A stretch of DNA of 47,191 nucleotides, taken from the NCBI GenBank assembly GCA_020631435.1, contig JAHDHG010000001.1, positions 1-47,191 of the forward strand, read 5' to 3'. The notes beneath the pieces are model-generated. The model did no database searches and was not told the DNA's origin. It saw only the letters and a program-made list of their open reading frames with translations. Source of the stretch: Bacteriovoracaceae bacterium. GTDB lineage: Bacteria; Bdellovibrionota; Bacteriovoracia; Bacteriovoracales; Bacteriovoracaceae. The position numbers and the translations under genes are program-made. The number at the start of each line of letters is the position of its first letter. Position 1 is the stretch's first letter. This document shows, one piece after another, positions 26,085 to 33,564 of this stretch.

Positions 26085-27512
26085 ATGTATAACAATTTTA
26101 ATATTTTTCACCATGGATCTTCTCTTCAAGAAATATTATACATGCTCGCTATCGCTGGCATACTTGGGTATTTATTATGTTGGTTGTTTGCTACTAGAAA
26201 ATTAAGAGAGTATTGGGCAAGGATCAATCTTAATAAGCATGAAATTGAAAAACTTCAAAATGCTAAGAATTATGATGATTTATTAACTACTCTTTCAACC
26301 AAGATTGCAACATTTGAAAAAAAATTGGCAAAACTTAAGGTGCCGACATTAGATCAATTAGATCTATCTGATTATGTTACTAAAGATATGCTGCCTAAAA
26401 AACAAGATCTTTCAAACTATGTAACTAAAGATATGCTTCCCAAAAAACAAGATCTTTCAAATTATGCTACCAAGGATATGATTCCTAAAAAAATGGATCT
26501 ATCGAACTATGCAACAAAAGATATGATCCCGAAAATTGATCATCTTAAAAGTTTTATTAAAAAAGATGAACTTCACAATCTCTTACCTAAAAATAATAAT
26601 TCAGACTTAGATCTTTCTCAATTTGTAAAAAAAGATGAATTAAATAAAGATGAAATTGATACTAGTCAATTTGCTTTAAAAAGTGATTTGCAAAAGTATG
26701 CTTTATCAAATCAACTTCAAAAATTTGCATCTGTAGATAAGCTGACTTCATTCGTGAAACTAACTGACTTGAAAAATCATTTTAAAAACTATTCTCATGA
26801 AAGTGCTGACATAGTAAAAAAAGAAGATCTTTCTCATTACTTAAGAAAATCTGAGGTTCCCGAAATTCCAAGCATGGATAATTTCGCTAAAAAAGATGAC
26901 CTTGCTCATTATTTAAGAAAATCTGAATTACCGAAAACTGATCTCTCACAGTTTGCAAAGAAAGAAGAATTATCTCACTTCTTAAGAAAATCTGAAATGC
27001 CCAAAAGTGATGAAAGTAAATTTGTGAAAAAAGATGACCTTGCACCCTATTTAAAAAAATCAGAGCTTCCACAAAGTCCTGACTTTTCGGGTTATGCAAA
27101 AAAAGAAGATCTTAATCCATTAAGAGAAAAAATCGAAACAGTAGATAGTGAGAACTCAAAACAAGATGAAAACATTGAAGAATTAAAAGCTATTTTAAGT
27201 GAAATTCCTAAGCCAAAAAAGAAAGTTGTAGAGCTAGATAAAAGAGGAATTCCAAAGAGTACAATTCTTCATCTTCTTTCAATTAAAGACGTGGAATATG
27301 ACAAAAGAAAAAGAGATGATCTTCAAGAAATTAAAGGTATTGGTCCATTTATAGAAAAAAAGGTTAACGCTCTTGGGATTTATACATTTAAGCAAATTTC
27401 ACTACTAAACGACGAAGATATAAGTGTTATTACAGAAGCAATTAAATTTTTTCCAGGAAGAATCATCAGGGATGATTGGGTCGGGCAAGCTGAAGAGCTT
27501 GCCAAGGCATAA
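26085..27512 (+). CDS. Paralog of 24179-25963: same N-terminal TM anchor, different ~15-aa repeats (DLSNYVTKDMLPKKQ; DLSHYLRKSE[LV]P), same C-terminal H3TH/HhH-like domain
   Basis: The N-terminus MYNNFNIFHHGSSLQEILYMLAIAGILGYLLCWLF aligns with MYEHFDIIKNGSPLLEILAMLAGAGILGYLLCWWF. The C-terminal ~90 aa are highly similar (DDLQEIKGIGPFIEKKVNALGIYTFKQI…FPGRIIRDDWVGQAEEL). Confidence 0.88.
   Translation: MYNNFNIFHHGSSLQEILYMLAIAGILGYLLCWLFATRKLREYWARINLNKHEIEKLQNAKNYDDLLTTLSTKIATFEKKLAKLKVPTLDQLDLSDYVTKDMLPKKQDLSNYVTKDMLPKKQDLSNYATKDMIPKKMDLSNYATKDMIPKIDHLKSFIKKDELHNLLPKNNNSDLDLSQFVKKDELNKDEIDTSQFALKSDLQKYALSNQLQKFASVDKLTSFVKLTDLKNHFKNYSHESADIVKKEDLSHYLRKSEVPEIPSMDNFAKKDDLAHYLRKSELPKTDLSQFAKKEELSHFLRKSEMPKSDESKFVKKDDLAPYLKKSELPQSPDFSGYAKKEDLNPLREKIETVDSENSKQDENIEELKAILSEIPKPKKKVVELDKRGIPKSTILHLLSIKDVEYDKRKRDDLQEIKGIGPFIEKKVNALGIYTFKQISLLNDEDISVITEAIKFFPGRIIRDDWVGQAEELAKA
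26361..26540 (+). repeat. Four consecutive in-frame 45-nt units (DLS[DN]Y[VA]TKDM[LI]PK…), with more degenerate repeats continuing to ~27120
   Basis: Read directly from DNA and translation. Units begin at aa 93, 108, 123 and 138. Confidence 0.9.
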
Positions 27513-27710
27513 CTACATTTTCAGAAAAGACTGATCAAATCCAAAATTTCTTAAAACACTTTCTTTGATATTTAAATTATTTTGAAGGGTAACCTCTTCT
27601 TGAGAAAGAAATTTGTTTTGATTAGTTAACTCAACTTGAGAATTCTGATGCATATCAAAATTCTGCGAATTAAAAATTGTCTTATTAACATCACTAAAAT
27701 TTGTTTCCAT
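27513..27710 (-). CDS. Small Asn/Gln-rich hypothetical protein (65 aa from the ATG at 27710; the track ORF extends to a TTG at 27794)
   Basis: The ATG at 27710 is preceded by GGAGTTTGAA (a good SD at 6-nt spacing), whereas the TTG at 27794 has no SD. No family recognised, so coding status is uncertain. Confidence 0.4.
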   Translation of the reverse strand: METNFSDVNKTIFNSQNFDMHQNSQVELTNQNKFLSQEEVTLQNNLNIKESVLRNFGFDQSFLKM

Positions 27711-27812
27711 TTCAAACTCCAAACACTTAATTATTGATAACAAGGTGGTGCCATTATGACAATCTTTTAGGTGTAAGACCTGTAAGTTTTTCAAAAGAGA
27801 AATGGAATAAGT

Positions 27813-29141
27813 TTAAGTTCTAGCTCTATAGCAAGAAATTATTCGAGGGAATACCAAGTCATATCCTGATGTAAAAAAGCCAAGATCATCAGAAGATGAG
27901 CCTGTTACAGACTTCATAGTGTTATGAAAATCATCCCATAAAACTCCGTTTTGGTCTTCAAATGGATTTGAGCTAAGTTCTCCACCTCTTTGCAGGTAAG
28001 ATATGTCTTGCAAGCAAGATGAGTATGAAATCCATTGATTTTCATCAATACCGATCTGATGCGTATGGTCAAAACCAAGCATGTGCCCAATCTCATGAGA
28101 GTAAACTGTTCCTTTCTCGTTTCCAATTTTTGAATATTCAGAAACAACTGTAGATTCTTTGCTTTCTGGAACTCTATTAAGTTTCGCAATTCCTGCAACA
28201 TTTCCTTGAATTTCTTTTACAAAAACTAAAGAGACCTCTCCTACTTTTCCATATTTATCCAAGATGTTTTCAAAATCATTACAAGATAGATCTCTCGGGT
28301 CACAGTGAACATGAACCAAATTATCTTCAACTTCTATCGCTTCTGAGATTTCAAATTGAAAGAAAGATGAACTTCCATCTCTATTTATCTTTTCATTTAA
28401 AGTTTTTAAAACAAGATCAGCATCCGCACTCACATCTTCAGATAAAGTTGTTTGAGAGCTATTTACAAAAACTATCCTAATAGGAATTTTGTTACTATCA
28501 ATTTCTGAAATAGTTTTATTAAAATGAAGTTTAGCAGAAGAAGTTCTTCCAGTGTTATCTGCAATGGTATAAGAAATTTCAAATGAAGACTCAAGATCAA
28601 AATTTTCATCAAAATTTACTTTAATTCTATTGTTTTCGATAGTTGTGCTTACTCCCTCTATCGATTCAACTTCGTTGATAGTTATAGGATCCCCATCTAC
28701 ATCAATATCGTTTTCTAAAACGTTGACTAAAATTTCATCATTTGATTCTAAATTAACTAGATCATCTGATGAATTTGGGTTGTCTGCTACTGCTCTCACT
28801 TCTAAGATCAATTCGGAAACTACAATCTCATTTGTTGAAAGATTCTCCCAGAACACTCTTACCAAATCAGCTCCTGAATAGTTATGATGAGGGTGATATA
28901 TAAATTTGCCTCCATTTTCTTGAATTTCAATATTGGAATGAACACCATCCATCTTAATCAGCTTATGAGTTTTAGAAAGTGGTAAGTCTCTAAAAACTAT
29001 CTCTTTAGAAAAATTTACTTCAATGTCTTCAGTGGTCACAACCTTGGTTGTTAAGAGGCCATCAGAGTTTGTATTTCCGGGATCTTCTCCATCTGTCGTT
29101 ATTGAGCATGATAAAAATAATGTAAGTAGAAGTATTCTCAC
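27813..29141 (-). CDS. Lipoprotein metzincin-type zinc metallopeptidase with an N-terminal cadherin-like/VCBS-type domain
   Basis: MRILLLTLFLSCS (lipobox LFLSC, GTG start). NVLENDIDVDGDPITI is typical of cadherin-like bacterial adhesion repeats. HEIGHMLGFDHTH matches HExxHxxGxxH. Confidence 0.85.
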   Translation of the reverse strand: MRILLLTLFLSCSITTDGEDPGNTNSDGLLTTKVVTTEDIEVNFSKEIVFRDLPLSKTHKLIKMDGVHSNIEIQENGGKFIYHPHHNYSGADLVRVFWENLSTNEIVVSELILEVRAVADNPNSSDDLVNLESNDEILVNVLENDIDVDGDPITINEVESIEGVSTTIENNRIKVNFDENFDLESSFEISYTIADNTGRTSSAKLHFNKTISEIDSNKIPIRIVFVNSSQTTLSEDVSADADLVLKTLNEKINRDGSSSFFQFEISEAIEVEDNLVHVHCDPRDLSCNDFENILDKYGKVGEVSLVFVKEIQGNVAGIAKLNRVPESKESTVVSEYSKIGNEKGTVYSHEIGHMLGFDHTHQIGIDENQWISYSSCLQDISYLQRGGELSSNPFEDQNGVLWDDFHNTMKSVTGSSSDDLGFFTSGYDLVFPRIISCYRART

Positions 29142-29263
29142 TTAATTATTTTATGTGATCGCACTAAATGTCACTTAGTAGTTTTTTACTTTTAGAGTAT
29201 TAACGAATTAAAGAGTTTTTACTTATGGTTTATGCCTCAATTTTTGGGCACTCTCCTCTAGGA

Positions 29264-30733
29264 TTAAAGCATTGAAGCTGTAAAGTTAAATGGATAGACT
29301 ACAGTTGCTGGTCCACCTTTAGGCCCTGGTGCAAAGCTAATCTTATTAAGAACTCCTGTTAAGCAACCATGAAGCTTTTGATTATTTAATTGAGATTTTA
29401 CTATTCTAGTACCACTAACTCGACCACCGGGAGCAATCTTCCAGCTAATATTAACAATCCCTGCAAGGTTTGGATTTGATAGTAATGACTTTTCATAACA
29501 ATAAGTAAACTTACTCATATGCTTAGCTATAATTTTTCTAATTAAGCTTTGAGACATCTTCCCACCTTTAACAGACATCGATTGTGGCCCTAAGTGAGAG
29601 AGTCCTCCTCCTGAACCACCTGCAGCATGAAGACCAGATACACTTACTTTACCCTGAACATAGTTATAAGATCTTCCTCCCTCAATACCATTAATCTCAC
29701 CATTAGATAAGACTCTACCAGATGCAACAGTTCTAGATCCTTTTGTATTAATCGCACCACTTGATGATCCAAGAACGTTTTTACCCGTTACTTTTGCTAG
29801 AAAGTTTGTACCTTTAACATTTTTTGCTCCAGCAAGACCTTTTCCTCCACCAACAGCAAATCCTCTACCGCCTTTTCCACCTGGTGGGATATTAAAATCC
29901 CCTTTACCTTTAGTAAGGAAGTTAAGTGAGTTAGCAACTTTTGCTTTTGTTTGTGCCAATCTCTTTGCCTGTGCCCTTGCAGCTGTATTACCTTTTGCAT
30001 TTGGATTTCTTGGACCTGTACCACCTCTTTTAGGAGGACCTTTTTCAACAACAAGTCTCTTCATTGGTCTCTTATCATTTACTACTTTTACAGTTCCTTT
30101 AGTCTTATTCGGACTTGGCCTTTTTGATTTTTTCTCACTAAGTAGATTTGATCTTTTCTTTGGCTTCTTCTGAGGTTGAATTTTTCTTTTCGGTTTTGGC
30201 TTAGGTTTCTCAGCAACTTTTGGCTTAGGTCTCGTAGTTGTAGTCGGAGCTAGAGTTGTTGTTGTCGCTTTTACAACTATCTTCTTTTCTTCGGATAATT
30301 TCTTTAATAACTTCTCAACTCTTTTTTCACTCTCTTTCTCTTCTTTGACTTCAGCAACTGGAGAAGAGCTATCTGATCCTGTCGGTAACATCATTGCAAT
30401 CGCTAAATTTAAAAAAACAGAGAATGCAACATAAGCATACATTCCATAATCAAGTGCGTATAAAAAATCTTCATAAAGATCAAAGTAAATATCTGTCCCA
30501 TCTTTATGCTTCATTCTTAGAGAAGAACCTATATTGATACTTCTAACTTTTTTCTCGTCTCCGTAAACATCATACTGACCATTTTTTCCAATCTTCTTGA
30601 AAAAATAGTTTGTTCCCTTAATATTTATCTTGAATTGATTACTATCAGTAACAGAGAACTGTTTATCTAGTAACCTTAGACTATCGGATTTTCTCTTATA
30701 CTTAACATTTAATAATTTTTTCTTTTTTAACAT
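29264..30733 (-). CDS. TonB-like bitopic protein with an AgmX/PglI-type C-terminal domain (GltG/GltJ-like candidate)
   Basis: A ~95-aa cytoplasmic N-domain, one TM (MYAYVAFSVFLNLAIAMML), a Pro/Lys spacer (KPKVAEKPKPKPKRKIQPQKKPKK) and a Gly-rich tract. The C-terminus …FTYCYEKSLLSNPNLAGIVNISWKI…GRV…HGCLTGVL…F…VVYPFNF is TonB_C-like with the two-Cys pattern I associate with myxobacterial AgmX/PglI tails. Confidence 0.7.
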   Translation of the reverse strand: MLKKKKLLNVKYKRKSDSLRLLDKQFSVTDSNQFKINIKGTNYFFKKIGKNGQYDVYGDEKKVRSINIGSSLRMKHKDGTDIYFDLYEDFLYALDYGMYAYVAFSVFLNLAIAMMLPTGSDSSSPVAEVKEEKESEKRVEKLLKKLSEEKKIVVKATTTTLAPTTTTRPKPKVAEKPKPKPKRKIQPQKKPKKRSNLLSEKKSKRPSPNKTKGTVKVVNDKRPMKRLVVEKGPPKRGGTGPRNPNAKGNTAARAQAKRLAQTKAKVANSLNFLTKGKGDFNIPPGGKGGRGFAVGGGKGLAGAKNVKGTNFLAKVTGKNVLGSSSGAINTKGSRTVASGRVLSNGEINGIEGGRSYNYVQGKVSVSGLHAAGGSGGGLSHLGPQSMSVKGGKMSQSLIRKIIAKHMSKFTYCYEKSLLSNPNLAGIVNISWKIAPGGRVSGTRIVKSQLNNQKLHGCLTGVLNKISFAPGPKGGPATVVYPFNFTASML

Positions 30734-30734
30734 T

Positions 30735-30956
30735 TTAAAAACTCTGTGATTTTATTTCTTTTTTATAATTTTTTCTTAATTTAATGAAATCAATTGCCTC
30801 TCTCTCATTCTGTAGTTTCAATAGCATATTAAGATTTCTGGATTGACCTCGAACCTCAATAGGTTTATCACTTGGCGCATCTAGTGCACTTAGCCCTGAA
30901 CCCGTTTGCTGAGCAAAAACTGATAATGAAAATAAAAAGCAAAAAATTAACTTCAA
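30735..30956 (-). CDS. Small secreted/periplasmic protein (73 aa) embedded in the motor operon
   Basis: Signal-like MKLIFCFLFSLSVFAQQ. There is a 4-nt overlap with the upstream ExbD-like gene and a 1-nt gap to the downstream gene. Confidence 0.6.
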   Translation of the reverse strand: MKLIFCFLFSLSVFAQQTGSGLSALDAPSDKPIEVRGQSRNLNMLLKLQNEREAIDFIKLRKNYKKEIKSQSF

Positions 30957-31441
30957 TTCTTTTCCTTATTCATTGAAACAAAATCAACGTAGTTCAAGCT
31001 CAACTCAGAAGCACCTCTAATAATTTCATCTATATAAAGATAAGGTACGTCTTTATCTGCTTGAATTGTTAACTTTATTTTATCATCTTTTTTATTTGAA
31101 GCTATGTTGCGGTCAAGATGCTCTTTTCTTAAGTCTTCTAATTCTTCTTTCACCTGAACAAGAATTTGCTCTCTTTCGCCATCAAAATTAGAAAAATTAA
31201 TGATTTCCCCTTTTCCAACTTTGATTTGGCTCTCACCTATGACCATAGTAATTCCAAAACTTGACTGAGCTGCTTTACCTTCAACAGTTGGCAGTTCAAT
31301 AAAACTTGGAATTTCTTTCTCTTCATTAACTTCTGAATAATTCACGAGTAAAAAAATCAGGATAATTGTAAGTGCATCCATCAAGGATGTAATATTCAAT
31401 TTCTCTGGCTTTTTTCTTCCTCTTCCTGAAAACTTTCCCAT
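30953..31441 (-). CDS. ExbD/TolR-family protein (AglQ/AglS-like), conserved TM Asp present
   Basis: KLNITSLMDALTIILIFLLV matches the ExbD/TolR N-terminal block (…N-[IV]-T-P-L-I-D-V…), retaining the Asp (D22). 162 aa. Confidence 0.8.
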   Translation of the reverse strand: MGKFSGRGRKKPEKLNITSLMDALTIILIFLLVNYSEVNEEKEIPSFIELPTVEGKAAQSSFGITMVIGESQIKVGKGEIINFSNFDGEREQILVQVKEELEDLRKEHLDRNIASNKKDDKIKLTIQADKDVPYLYIDEIIRGASELSLNYVDFVSMNKEKN

Positions 31442-31448
31442 AATTCCT

Positions 31449-31985
31449 CTAATCTATATTCATTTCAGTTAATGCTGGAAGCATCACAACTTTAAACTTA
31501 AACTCTTTTCCTTCATCTTCTGACGCCAATCCTCTTAGAGGTTTTTTCAAACCTTCAAGCACTGGAATAAGCTTTCCGTAAACAACGTCATCTTTTGTCG
31601 TCACCAGAACAGTTTCAAGTTTTGAATATTTATCTTTAATTTTTTCTAACAGTCCTAAAATTTTCTCAGCACCTTCTAAAGTAGAATCTGCTTTTCTTTT
31701 TAAAACAACTGCTCCATTTTCTTCATCAAGAATATTTAATCGAGTAATTTCTTGATCGATATAAACTTGAGCCGTTACCATTTTTTCTTTATTTACTTTT
31801 TCCGGAATAGGCTGATCTTCACTAGGAGGAGAACTTGCTCCTGGGACTGAAGTTTCAACAACTCTAAAGTGATAAAACGCTAAGTTTGATAAGAGTAATG
31901 GAATAATGATGATCAAAAGACTCATGAAAGGTAGGATTGCATCTACTTCTTCCATTTCTTTTTTTACAAACTTTTGTTTTTTCAT
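31449..31985 (-). CDS. ExbD/TolR-family protein paralog; the TM Asp position is apparently occupied by Ser
   Basis: VDAILPFMSLLIIIIPLLL aligns with the ExbD block with Pro conserved, but has FMS where LID is expected. 178 aa with a periplasmic domain of ExbD size. Confidence 0.7.
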   Translation of the reverse strand: MKKQKFVKKEMEEVDAILPFMSLLIIIIPLLLSNLAFYHFRVVETSVPGASSPPSEDQPIPEKVNKEKMVTAQVYIDQEITRLNILDEENGAVVLKRKADSTLEGAEKILGLLEKIKDKYSKLETVLVTTKDDVVYGKLIPVLEGLKKPLRGLASEDEGKEFKFKVVMLPALTEMNID

Positions 31986-32013
31986 TCTTTCTTCCTTAAA
32001 AAAGCTTTAACTA

Positions 32014-32692
32014 TTAACCGTGTCTTTTAAATTCTTTATACTCTTGAAACTGAGTTTCACTGTTCACTGTCTCTGCATGAGGCTTGTGAACTACTAAGTG
32101 AGTCATCTCTGAAACAACTTCATCATACTTTTTAAGAATTCTATCTTCTTTAGAACTTAAAATTGTGTACATAATGATACATGGAATTGCGAAGACCGAA
32201 TGCCGTCGTATTCATAGCTGTCGAAATACCTGCAGCAAGAAGAGCAGCTTTATCAGCACCACTTGCAGCACCTAAAGATGAGAATGATTGAACAAGTCCA
32301 GCAATTGTTCCAAGTAATCCAATTAGAGTTGAAACGTTACCAATCATATTAATATAATTTGTCCTTGCTTGAATCCCTGGTAATACTTTTTGAAATTCAA
32401 TATCACTCGCTGACTCAATTGCATCTTGAGATTTATTTGCATTATAAAGAACTGCAGCGATAACTTTTGCTAATGGATGTGATGTTGTTAAACATGCATT
32501 ATAAGCTTCTCTTAATCTTCCATCTTTAACCATTGACTTTACTCTCGCAAAAAATTTATTCTTTACATGATAGTTCATAAATAAAGCAACAAATCTCTCG
32601 ATTCCAAATGCTACAGCAGCAACTAATAAGCAAGTAATGGCGATCATATAACCATCTGCAAATAAAAAATCTATAATCTTACCCAAATTCAT
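32014..32692 (-). pseudogene. MotA/TolQ/ExbB-family proton channel (AglR-like) interrupted by a frameshift near 32190-32192
   Basis: Track ORF 32150-32692 ends …GISTAMNTTAFGL then reads out of frame (RNSMYHYVHNFKF*). Skipping the base at 32191 gives …TTAFGL-AIPCIIMYTILSSKEDRILKKYDEVV…KRHG* (stop at 32014-32016). That restores the canonical GL..AIP TM3 block and a 225-aa TolQ-sized protein. Confidence 0.85.
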
Positions 32693-32807
32693 AATCCTCT
32701 CCTTAGGCTTTCATGAGTTTTCTTTCTTAAATGTTTATCGGTGTTTTTTAAAAGAGCTTTATTTTTAGATGATTAAGGCAAATTATTCCCGAGTCAATTA
32801 CTTGGTT

Positions 32808-33563
32808 TTAGTACAGATAAGAAAACTCAATCATCATCACTGTATCAGCCTCAAGTTCAGCAAAAATAACAGGATCATTAAATGCTGCCAAATCAGCAGT
32901 AGTTGGTACCCTATCCCATTTCTTATCATTTTTTTTCAAATCAAAGCTTTGCTTATAAAAGACTTCATTAATTTGAAAGATATTTCCATTTTTGAGCCTT
33001 ACAGACTGAGAAAGAATTCCTCCAAATATAGTACCAGTTGAAGATAACTTTACAGGCCTTTTAGTTTGATATGCGCCACCACCAGGAAGAGCATTAGGAG
33101 ATCTAAAAAATACTTCCACATCCGGATACTGCACACCTTCTATTCCAAAAAGACCGCCAATACTTAAATCGACATTATCAAATAAGGTAAAGAGTTTTAA
33201 CTTTGGAGCAGTTCTAAAAGAAAAGTTCCAAGACTTAGCAAACTCTGTTGAAGTAAAAGTTCTTCCTAGAGATACAGATAAAATTTCCCAATCAAGAATA
33301 CCTGTCTTCCAATGAATTTGAAGAGGGCTTAATGCCATAAAATACTTTGATCCCATTAGACCAAGTGGTGATAATCCTAGACCTATAAAAAATGAATTTT
33401 CTGGTGGAGTAAAAAGAAATTTCTTAAGCTCTGGATACTCCTTAATGACCTTCGCATCTTTTTGTTCATCTTTATTTTGATTAAATTGATATTTATTTGA
33501 TGCTTGAAAGGTTTTTGAAAAAACCAAACTAGAAAATAATGAAATAATCAAAATTAGCTTCAA
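32808..33563 (-). CDS. Predicted small outer-membrane beta-barrel protein (GltA/B/K-like candidate)
   Basis: Signal peptide MKLILIISLFSSLVFS. The C-terminus …MIEFSYLY has alternating hydrophobic/aromatic residues ending in an aromatic (OMP beta-signal). There is a 1-nt gap from the upstream gene. Confidence 0.7.
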   Translation of the reverse strand: MKLILIISLFSSLVFSKTFQASNKYQFNQNKDEQKDAKVIKEYPELKKFLFTPPENSFFIGLGLSPLGLMGSKYFMALSPLQIHWKTGILDWEILSVSLGRTFTSTEFAKSWNFSFRTAPKLKLFTLFDNVDLSIGGLFGIEGVQYPDVEVFFRSPNALPGGGAYQTKRPVKLSSTGTIFGGILSQSVRLKNGNIFQINEVFYKQSFDLKKNDKKWDRVPTTADLAAFNDPVIFAELEADTVMMIEFSYLY

Positions 33564-33564
33564 A

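Noticed and set aside
24386-27120. The regular ~45-nt repeats, considered as a possible CRISPR array or non-coding satellite
   Set aside because: The repeats are contiguous with no unique spacers and are in frame within long ORFs. They vary mainly in ways that preserve a peptide motif, so they are coding tandem repeats.
29264-32692. Interpretation as a TonB-ExbB-ExbD siderophore-uptake energiser or as Tol-Pal
   Set aside because: There is no TonB-dependent receptor, TolB or Pal gene in or next to the operon. There are two TolR-like genes rather than one. The TonB-like C-terminus has the two-Cys AgmX/PglI-type pattern, and the operon includes giant TPR proteins and OM barrels as in Agl-Glt/Nfs systems. 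This still needs HMM confirmation.
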